A DNA stretch of 63,974 nt, the filler included, from Octopus bimaculoides (lineage: Eukaryota), in assembly GCF_001194135.2 (NCBI RefSeq). It is 10 parts of 8 records of this genome, joined end to end, with 100 filler letters (N's around TTAATTAATTAA, not from the genome) between each part and the next. Parts side by side here need not be neighbours in the genome. Positions count along the whole stretch, not along the records: positions 14,688 to 25,338 come from NC_068983.1; positions 25,439 to 30,833 come from NC_068989.1; 8 more parts are not named here. One strand, written 5' to 3'. The stretch's first letter is position 1. The number at the start of each line of letters is the position of its first letter. The notes below the pieces were generated by a model. It saw only the letters and a program-made list of their open reading frames with translations. It was not told the DNA's origin and made no database searches. Shown in pieces: positions 16,251 to 25,439 of the stretch. The position numbers and the translations under genes were made by a program.

Positions 16251-18068
16251 TCAGCAACAACGATGAATCACCAAAACCCCAAAATGATCCCCTTCTGTGC
16301 TATGTTGCTCATATGTTAAGTTAGATAACTACATCAACGACAAAGAATTAAAAGGTAAATCGTGCTCAGTCTGACGATGAATAGTTACTTCATCGTATAA
16401 AACTATAAGTGAGGAGAAATGCATTATATTACAATATTAATTTCTTTATGTTCTTATATCATTACATTACTTACGTATTTGAACGTTAATTCTGCGTCTG
16501 GGTAACCGGTATTTAAACGCCAACGAGTATTTCCTGTTATGTACAGCAAAAAGAGAAACAGTAGGTCTTGTTACGGCCGTGGGTTAGCCTTGTCAGCTCT
16601 AATCCAGTAGATTTATGATCGAAGACATTTCAGTTTTTAGAGGCATTGTGTAATTTGTATTGATATTATTAAATGTACCCTTCCATCTTTAAAGCAGTAG
16701 GATGTGATTTGCAGGAGAATTGGTTGCTATTTCTAGCAGATTAAGTAACAGCGTAGAAGCTCACACATTGATTCGATTAACTTTTCCATCAGCTGTATCT
16801 CCAGGATTATGGGACCCCGGACAACAACTAACATTCGAGATGCCGTTATTCACTGAGACCTGCGTCTTAGTGACCTCCCATCCCTTTCAGACATGACGAA
16901 TGTTAGTTGGTGAGGTCAGGCTGACACGGATTAAAATTAAGTAGGTTCAACTATTTGACATGAATTATTTGTCACAGTTTGTTAATTTGAAATTACGCTG
17001 GCAGAACATAGCAAAAAGCACAAATTCTTGGTATTTCTTGTAAATATATTGTTGCTGTGTTCTACTTCCAAATACATTATTTCATTGTTCCAAAATATCA
17101 CATTTCACAATAATATATTACTTCAACATATTTGGTGTTTTATTGTTATTTGCTTATGTTGTTTTGGTAGTTATTTTAGTTATCATTTAGTTCTCTTATT
17201 TACACTTTTTGTCCCTGTAGTGTATTTCTTAGTAGCCGCAGAATTAGTGAGTTTGCAGTCACTGTTGAAAATGTCTTGTAATCAAATATTAAGAACTACC
17301 TAGGCTTATATTGAAAAGCTGTATCGCAAGGTAGTTTTAAACTGCTTTGTTATAAACCGTTGTTGGATTTCTAATTCATTTTCATATGGTTTCTTTAATA
17401 GATGTTGACAAAATTGCACCATCGGATACGTTTATGTACAACATTATCCACAGCTTGGTAAGTTCTTTATCTGGGAATTACTAGGTTAATTTTCTGGAAA
17501 ATATCTTCTCGCAGAGAAACTCCATTTAAAATGCTTGTCAATATTTGTTCTTGCTTTATAATATATTTCCATCACATTGAGACATAATAATGTTTGCAGT
17601 AAAGGTTTAAAGATCTTTGAGTGATGTATAAGTGCTTTTAGTTAGTGTTACATTTCGAAATAAAATCTGGAAAGGGTTTAGTCGATCAAAGTTTCGTAGA
17701 AAAGTAGTAATGTGCATCATTAGGAGACGGAATCTATAAGCTATTCTGAATCGATGGATCATTATACTTAACTTTTTCCAAATAAAATTATATATATTGA
17801 ACTTTATTAAAATAAATCCTGCTTGACATTGAATGATATGTTATAATATTCTAATTTATGGAATTTAACAATTTTAATAAAATATCCTTAGGTTTAACAT
17901 TTTGGTAGACACTAAAAAATTCTGTTAGAGAAATACTAGAACTTTCCATTTTAAGCCAATATAGGATTGTAGTAAATTAAGATATAGACTTTGTAATTGC
18001 ATGTTAAATAAATGGGTTAAATCTAACGATAGTTGTGTTTTTTTCATGACGACACCAAAGCATTGCAA

Positions 18069-18090
18069 TGACGTCATATAGAATTATAGC
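18069..18090 (+). promoter_or_regulatory. Full CRE palindrome TGACGTCA followed by a TATA-like tatagaattatag, ~190 bp upstream of the EB-like ATG
   Basis: TGACGTCA at 18069-18076, immediately followed by tatagaattatagcg. A promoter role is inferred from position only. Confidence 0.35.
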
Positions 18091-18264
18091 GTAAGTGGCA
18101 CAAGAATACAATGGATTCTTGGTTCGAATGAACAATCAGTACAGAATTATAGAATAGAACTAAGGCTTCTCGGGAGTATTATATTTCTTGTTTCTGGTAC
18201 TAAGATATGATTCTTTCGTAACTTTGTCGTTTAATCGTATATAATATATACAGAGAAGAGAACC

Positions 18265-19395
18265 ATGAAAGTACTGGATCCTCCGTCCGTTGCTATCGTC
18301 AGCCAAGAAAAACTCGTTGAATGGTTTCGAAAAACCGTTTCTACTCAGATTCATTCCGTTAAAGATTTAGCGAGTGGCTATGAATTTTGCAAATGTATGT
18401 TTATGCTTTTCCCAACTGCGCTCAATTTAAGCAAAATTAAATCACAAAACCTAACCATGTATGATCGACACATGAACTACAAACAACTCCAAGCGGCCTT
18501 TACATATATCAACCTGAATAAAGAAATACCGATACAGAAGTTAATGGAAGGTAACCTAGCAGAGAACTATCATTTTGGACTTTGGTTTAAAGCTTTTTAT
18601 GAAATTAACTGTCCTCTACAGACACCTAAAGAAGATCTAGTGACTGAGTGTCGAAAAATTAAGGGTGTAGGTTGTGGTGATATACTGAAAGCTCCGGCAG
18701 AACACGAACTGAAAAGTTGGCCCAAATCAGGAAATACAAAATTTATCAAACGGACAGTTAATGAGTGTAAAATCATAGAAAACGAGTGTAGACTTATAGA
18801 CGAGTGTAAAGTCGTGGACAATGAGGTTCAAACGGACTTTTATGAGTATTTGCAATTTGAAGAAATCTTTAATAAGATGAACAATCAGAACGCTATAAGT
18901 ACCGAGCTAGCTGAAGCTAACGAGTTTAACCAAATGATTATAGAAACCCTAAAAAGTGACAACATGAGCTTAATAACTGAAAATAAAGAGTTAGACATGG
19001 ACAATAAGGCACTTGCCATGGAAAAAAATAGCTTGGAATTTAGTGTCAATCTATTACTCCAGCGCAATGAAGAGCTGGAGAACGCGAATTCCACACTAAT
19101 TCAACAGATTGAAAATCTTGAAGAAGGTTATTTGAATTTGTCAGAAACAAACAAAGAAATAAATATACGTAACCGTGAATTACAAGTCCATTATGAGGAT
19201 TTAAACTTGCATTCTCAAATCTATAAAAAGGTGCTAGACTGTTCAAATATGGAAGCTAATCTTTTTTTCAATAAACTGCAAAGTATTGACAGACTTTGCC
19301 GTAATGCATCGAGCAATCGTTTGAGGAAATTAATAGTTTCTATATTGAACGAAACGAAATATCAACCAGGTTGTATGTCAGTCGCTTTACCTTAG
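18265..19395 (+). CDS. MAPRE1-like: Intronless EB1/RP (MAPRE) family microtubule end-binding-like protein, 376 aa, divergent
   Basis: Residues ~13-115 align with the EB-type CH domain: SQEKLVEWF..DLASGYEFCKCMFMLFP..LSKIK..NYKQLQAAF..KEIPIQKLMEGNLAENYHFGLWFKAFYE, vs EB1 [68 protein letters not shown]. Residues ~330-363 EANLFFNKLQSIDRLC..LIVSILNET match the EBH motif ERDFYFGKLRNIELIC..RIVDILYAT. There is an upstream in-frame TAA (18232), the start context is accATG, and the ORF has no stops or frameshifts. Confidence 0.9.
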   Translation: MKVLDPPSVAIVSQEKLVEWFRKTVSTQIHSVKDLASGYEFCKCMFMLFPTALNLSKIKSQNLTMYDRHMNYKQLQAAFTYINLNKEIPIQKLMEGNLAENYHFGLWFKAFYEINCPLQTPKEDLVTECRKIKGVGCGDILKAPAEHELKSWPKSGNTKFIKRTVNECKIIENECRLIDECKVVDNEVQTDFYEYLQFEEIFNKMNNQNAISTELAEANEFNQMIIETLKSDNMSLITENKELDMDNKALAMEKNSLEFSVNLLLQRNEELENANSTLIQQIENLEEGYLNLSETNKEINIRNRELQVHYEDLNLHSQIYKKVLDCSNMEANLFFNKLQSIDRLCRNASSNRLRKLIVSILNETKYQPGCMSVALP

Positions 19396-19468
19396 CAATA
19401 TATATAGATATATATATTCAGTTTTTTTTCCCTTTTCGTATTTGTAGAAATAACTAAGTGAAATGGGC

Positions 19469-19474
19469 AATAAA
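19469..19474 (+). promoter_or_regulatory. Candidate polyadenylation signal of the EB-like gene
   Basis: AATAAA ~75 nt after the TAG stop, followed by T-rich sequence. Confidence 0.45.
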
Positions 19475-19769
19475 ACTATTAAATTTTCCAATCATAAATC
19501 GAACTATTCTTTTAAGTTTTCTTTTAAAATGCTTACGTCCTTTTAATTATTATCTTCTAGATTTATTTTCAGTCTGTCAGGTCCTTCAATTATTAGCTGA
19601 TTTACAACTTAATTACTTTCATTTTTAGTATGTATCCTGCCAGTATATCCCTGTAATAGAAGCCCTTAGCTCTGTCATATTTATGTTTGAAACTTTTTTG
19701 TTGAATAGCGTGTTAAAATAAATTATATACATCTACGTAAAGGGCAGTTTCAGCGGTAGTAAGAGTGCG

Positions 19770-20070
19770 AAGGGCGGGCAGAGAAAATGTGATTCGGTAT
19801 TTTTCCCAGCTCTCTACGTTCTGTTTCAAATTTGCTTTTCATCCTTTCAGGGTCGATAAGATAAATGACCAATCAAGTACTGAGAACGACGTACTCGACT
19901 AACTGCAAAATTGCTGGCCTTGTGTCTAAATAAAAAAAACTATTGTTAATGTTGGCAAGCTGGCAGAATCGTTAGATCACTGGGTAAATTACTTTGCAAT
20001 ATTTATTCTAGCTCTTTGCGTCCTGAGATCAAATCACATCAGGACCAACATTGCCTTTCACTCTTTCTAG
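19770..20070 (+). mobile_element. Two adjacent decayed family B SINE copies
   Basis: ttcaaatttgcttttcatcctttcagggtcgataag... and ggcaagctggcagaatcgttag...gcctttcactctttc. Confidence 0.7.
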
Positions 20071-21467
20071 TTTGAATATTTTTGATTATAGGTGCGTTCG
20101 ATCATGATAGCCTCAGGCAGTGACGGCTTGTAGATAGAATTAGTTGGGGTGCTGCTTCAGAAAGTTTTTAGCCGTTGTTTTAATATTGTGTAAAAGGAAA
20201 CAAACATATAAAAAGAAAATTTATACATAAACTTGATCGATTCACGCTTTAGCCACTGTAGTGTGCTTAATTTGTTTACTAAACACTGCCGCGAATTCCC
20301 CCTTGCTTTTCAAAAATCCCCCCTAAATCTCAAACGGTGGGGGTGCCCTATTTTTAAAATCCTGGCAGCAGGACAATAATCTAATCATACACTTTATCAC
20401 ATTCAAGAATANNNNNNNNNNCGTTCACGCAGTGCTAGTGTCGTTCACGCAGTACTCTCTCTCTCTCTTTCTCTCGGATATGTAAGCATGCGCACAACAG
20501 CCAAACACTGCGTCGCTGCAACTGTGAAGCGCACAGTTTTATACAAGGATTTTTGCGTTTTTTTCATAAACTGATGGATGGTTACTGACATTAAGCTTAA
20601 GGATTATATAATGTACAAGTATAAAGAAAGAATTAAAGAAAAAAAGAACTCATTATATTGAATGTTATTGATAATATCGAGTGGAAATAGGGGACGCTGC
20701 AGTTCCGCGGTGCTTATACACGAGCCACCACTAACCTTGGATTTAACAAAAACAACAACAACACGCAAATTCATATGCAGCTAGCATCATATTCACAGCT
20801 ACTCAACTGTTCCAGCAACAAGAAAACCTGGCTCTATAACAACAGTTCAAAATTCCTGACAGAAATAACATACGCAAATAGTGAAATGATAGAATCCGCG
20901 TAAATAATTATTGATTGCTAATAGATATTAGATATGTTGATACTGAATTATCTATCATCTATTCTAAGCAATTTAATTTTCTTCAAGTGAACAAGTATTG
21001 TGCCTAGTACATTGATTCTTCTGTCACTCCTTGGGAGGAAACAGTAACGAGAAAAGAAAAAAAAAACGAAAATGTCCCTAATTGTCTTCCATATTTGCCG
21101 TGAAAATAAAAATATTGCTTACTGGCGCTTAATGTTTTTATGTTTTTTTCCTTAGAAGAATTTCAGGCCTTGTGCTCAATGCTAGAAACAACTACTTTTT
21201 CTGGGTTGCAGTCCATTGCGTGAAATATTTAATCCATCACTCAACTTAATACAACTACTTGGTCCATGGATGTTTTTAGCGAAACCCAGAAAGCGTTTGA
21301 ATCAGGTTTTTATATTTTTAGTTGTCTTTACACTAAATATGTGAACTAACTTATTCATTGTTTTGATGTGGATATAATTTTTTAATTATTTAATTTCTAA
21401 TTCATTTATATTTTTCTATTCCAAAAATTTCTTTAGTGTACCCCTGCAAGTATAGTGAAGGTTATGC

Positions 21468-21530
21468 TTCACTGAGGAGATTAGAATAATACTGAAACAT
21501 GAAAGGAGTTGTTTCCCGTACGTGTTTGGA
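21468..21530 (+). ncRNA. Degenerate type I hammerhead ribozyme motif (PLE/retrozyme-type)
   Basis: Elements in order: stem I ttca; core CTGAGGA (21472-21478); imperfect stem II atta/taat; GAAA (21494-21497); stem III acatg/cgtgt; GTT triplet; stem I partner tgga. Confidence 0.45.
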
Positions 21531-21956
21531 AAATCAAAATAATATTAGTCACAATTTTGTTTTATTTTTTCTTTGCATAATTATTTTGAGTACATTAATG
21601 CATAAAATAATCAACTACCTTGTAATTACAAACTTGATTAAAAAAAGTTAATTAATAGTTTTCAGAATAAGAAAATTAAAGTGTCATATTGACATATCAA
21701 ATCGTAAAATTACGTATAAAGAATTGGTAAGATTTTACTGCAAGTAAGATGAAGTAAGACGGGGAAATCACATTGATGAGACTGTGTTGATATAAAAACG
21801 GATATAGTGTGGTCATGAACATTACTCTTTGTGTCTGCATGCATAAAACAGGCGTCTGTCTGTGTCTGTCTGTCTGTATGTATATATGTATGCATGTATG
21901 TATGTATGTATGTATGTATGTAAGTGGGTATGTATGTATGTATCTATGTTTGTATG

Positions 21957-21987
<31 letters not shown>

Positions 21988-22028
21988 GTGAGTATGTATG
22001 TATGTTTGTATGTATGTATGTATACATN

Positions 22029-22385
22029 NNNNNNNNNATTCGTGGTCATAGGATCGCGGTTTCGATTCCCAGACCGGGCGTTGTGAGTGTTTAATGAGTG
22101 AAAACATCTAAAGCTCCACGAGGTTCCGGCAGGGGATGGTGTCGAACCCTGCTGTACTCTTTCACCACAACTTTCTCGCACTCTTACTTCCTGTTTCTGT
22201 TGTGCCTGTAATTCAAAGGGTCAGCCTTGTCACACAGTGTCACGCTGAATATCCCCGAGAACTACGTTAAGGGTATACGTGTCTGTGGAGTGCTCAGCCA
22301 GTTGCACGTTAATTTCAAGAGCAGGCTGTTCCGTTGATCGGATCAACTGGAACCCTCGACGTCGTAAGCGACAGAGTACCAACAT
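22029..22385 (+). mobile_element. tRNA-derived SINE (family C)
   Basis: B-box-like ggtttcgattccc, followed by the body cagccttgtcacacagtgtcacgctgaat...gatcggatcaactggaaccctcg, which is shared with 62570-62860. Confidence 0.75.
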
Positions 22386-22681
22386 TATTCAAAAGAGATT
22401 TGGCTACTATTTCTGTCAAGTCAACGACCACATAAGAGGCTCCCTTCTTGGCTCGTGCGTGTGTATGTTTATAAGAAGAGTACTATAAAATGTTCATTCA
22501 CACCACGCCACATGGACATAATTGTTTACGAAATGTTGCTTGAACAGAAGCCGGATGATAAAATATGCAGCCAAAGTAGACGCTTCCGTTGTGTTGAGTG
22601 CGACGCTTGTGTCGACATTGACAAGAAGCGGTTTTGAAATGGATTACGCATTGCTTCAATCAACAAGTTTTTATTTTATCA

Positions 22682-22772
22682 CTAGCAGAAATACCCGGCG
22701 TTGCCCAGGTTAAAGAGAATAATGAAATCTAAAAACGCCGTCTAGACTACGCATCATCTTTATATAGAGAGA
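22682..22772 (-). mobile_element. Minimal 91-bp non-autonomous Helitron
   Basis: The minus strand reads A|TCTCTCTATATAAAGATG...AACCTGGGCAACGCCGGGTATTTCTGCTAG|T: 5'-TC, subterminal GC hairpin, CTAG-3', inserted between A and T with no TSD. Confidence 0.8.
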
Positions 22773-23919
22773 TGTATATACACACACGTACCCAAACACA
22801 CGTATATATATGTATATCAAAAAAAATATATGAAAGTCAATGAAGTTTCGTAAAAGAAGGTGATCATGTACATACTTTCTTGCTGTTGTGATTATAACAC
22901 CTCGTTGTAAACAATGTTCCTTGTTTTCCCTTGTGGAGCATATACAAATAGGGTCTTTTTGCTGCCCACTCTTGAGCAGCCAACATACAGTTGTCCATGT
23001 GAGAAGCAGGGCTCTTCCANNNNNNNNNNNNNNNNNNNNNNNNNNNNNNNNNNNNNNNNNNNNNNNNNNNNNNNNNNNNNNNNNNNNNNNNNNNNNNNNN
23101 NNNNNNNNNNNNNNNNNNNNNNNNNNNNNNNNNNNNNNNNNNNNNNNNNNNNNNNNNNNNNNNNNNNNNNNNNNNNNNNNNNNNNNNNNNNNNNNNNNNN
23201 NNNNNNNNNNNNNNNNNNNNNNNNNNNNNNNNNNNNNNNNNNNNNNNNNNNNNNNNNNNNNNNNNNNNNNNNNNNNNNNNNNNNNNNNNNNNNNNNNNNN
23301 NNNNNNNNNNNNNNNNNNNNNNNNNNNNNNNNNNNNNNNNNNNNNNNNNNNNNNNNNNNNNNNNNNNNNNNNNNNNNNNNNNNNNNNNNNNNNNNNNNNN
23401 NNNNNNNNNNNNNNNNNNNNNNNNNNNNNNNNNNNNNNNNNNNNNNNNNNNNNNNNNNNNNNNNNNNNNNNNNNNNNNNNNNNNNNNNNNNNNNNNNNNN
23501 NNNNNNNNNNNNNNNNNNNNNNNNNNNNNNNNNNNNNNNNNNNNNNNNNNNNNNNNNNNNNNNNNNNNNNNNNNNNNNNNNNNNNNNNNNNNNNNNNNNN
23601 NNNNNNNNNNNNNNNNNNNNNNNNNNNNNNNNNNNNNNNNNNNNNNNNNNNNNNNNNNNNNNNNNNNNNNNNNNNNNNNNNNNNNNNNNNNNNNNNNNNN
23701 NNNNNNNNNNNNNNNNNNNNNNNNNNNNNNNNNNNNNNNNNNNNNNNNNNNNNNNNNNNNNNNNNNNNNNNNNNNNNNNNNNNNNNNNNNNNNNNNNNNN
23801 NNNNNNNNNNNNNTTTGACTAAAACACAACTGGAACCCTAAGTAAGGCATGTGTAAAATTTGAATGAAATTGGTTGCGTAGTTCTCGAGTTTTAGGGATT
23901 CACACACACAGACAGACAA

Positions 23920-23991
<72 letters not shown>

Positions 23992-24012
23992 TCTCATTTT
24001 TATATATATAGA
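22773..24012 (-). mobile_element. Internally deleted Helitron retaining the C-terminus of the Rep-helicase (PIF1) ORF
   Basis: The 5' end is A|TCTATATATATAAAAATGAGAATG at 24012. Minus-strand 22892-23018 translates EEPCFSHGQLYVGCSRVGSKKTLFVYAPQGKTRNIVYNEVL*, the conserved Helitron PIF1 terminal motif. The middle is a gap. Confidence 0.85.
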
Positions 24013-24283
24013 TTAATGATTACATCCAGCTAAACTTTTGCTCAGTCAAAGTTAAACGCCTTTCTCTGCATCCTCATTGCACAAAAAGCGCTAGAAATTG
24101 CAATTATAACGATTATAACAACATGCATAGAGACAGATTCAGCTGTTGTCGGTATCATAAATTAGGATTACGTTTAGGACTAAAATTGATGGTTAACTCT
24201 GCAAATGTCGAAAAACTTTCTTCGCGTGCAAGCAAAATTATTTATTACTGTTGTATTCAGTGCCCCAAGATCCAGTCTTTGTT

Positions 24284-24546
24284 GCGGGGTGGTGACTTGT
24301 GTTATTTCTTTACTACCCACAAGGGGCTACACACAGAGGGGACAAACAAGGACAGACAAACGGATTAAGTCGTATTTATTTAATCGACCGTGAAAGGATG
24401 AAAGGCAAAGTCGACCTCGGCGGAATTTGAACTCAGAACGTAGCGGCAGACTAAATTCCGCTAAGCATTTCGTCCGGCGTGCTAACGTTTCTGCCGGCTC
24501 ACCGCCTTAAAAGTCACCACCCCAGCTCGCGGGGTGGTGACTTGTG
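24284..24546 (-). mobile_element. Family B SINE with 18-bp target-site duplication
   Basis: gcggggtggtgacttgtg at both 24284-24301 and 24529-24546, flanking a minus-strand SINE whose 5' end (aaggcggtgagccggcagaaacg) is at ~24508. Confidence 0.85.
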
Positions 24547-25129
24547 TGTTTCAATGTTCCTCAGAGCTATGTCAGTAGAGTGAAAGCTCTTGGTAGGACC
24601 TCTCGTGCTGGACAGGTCAAAGGTTAGGGGCTAAATTAATATGGACTACCTCTTCACAGTGGGGAAAAAAATGGTTTGCGTTGGATCAACACCCCTATTA
24701 AGAAAAAAGCAAAGTTACATGAGCTTCGATGATGATTTAATGCCAACAAGCCCTGGAAGATGAAGACTTTCCCTTGGGAAAACATATGATGTGGTGCAGC
24801 AAAATTAGAGCTGAAAAGCAGGGATGCAACTGGTGAGAAGCAGAAAAGAGAACCCGGAGTCAAGAACAATGAAGGAAAGTCGTCAAAGGCCTTTGTTCCT
24901 TTGGAATTAAAGGGATTAAATGAAACGATTGTTGTATCCAGCCATTGTACATAATAGTTGAACACAGGTACAATACATCTGATAGATGGACTCCTTCAGT
25001 TTCGTTCAATTATCAAATTTTACTAATAAAGCTTGGATCGACCCGTGTTATAGTAGAAAGCGCTTGTCTATGTTGCTGTACAGTAGGATTGGGTCCGGAA
25101 CCGCGTAATTGTGAAGTCGGCTTCTTAAA

Positions 25130-25320
25130 TAGACGGTCGTGTCTACTCCACATTTCGAGGGAGTAGATGAACAGCCGACAACTGTTGAAGAGTCATTCTT
25201 TATGTTACTTGACTTGTTTTCCTTTTGTTTCTCCCGTTGTTCACATACCCATGTTTGGTTTCGTAATTCATGTTGTTTTCGTATTTCATGTTGTTTACGT
25301 TTTGTGACGTCCTGTACCCA
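25130..25320. repeat. Dispersed repeat ending ...ttttgtgacgtcctgtaccc (related inverted copies at ~50775-50900 and ~59370-59450)
   Basis: The motif gggtacaggac..aaaacg/tgtaaa..catgaaa is shared by the three loci; origin unassigned. Confidence 0.6.
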
Positions 25321-25439
25321 TATATGCATATATATATANNNNNNNNNNNNNNNNNNNNNNNNNNNNNNNNNNNNNNNNNNNNTTAATTAATTAANNNNNN
25401 NNNNNNNNNNNNNNNNNNNNNNNNNNNNNNNNNNNNNNG

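Noticed and set aside
24620-24970. Minus ORF 24654-24965, weakly like a LINE AP-endonuclease segment
   Set aside because: The catalytic GDFN and SDH motifs are not convincingly present.
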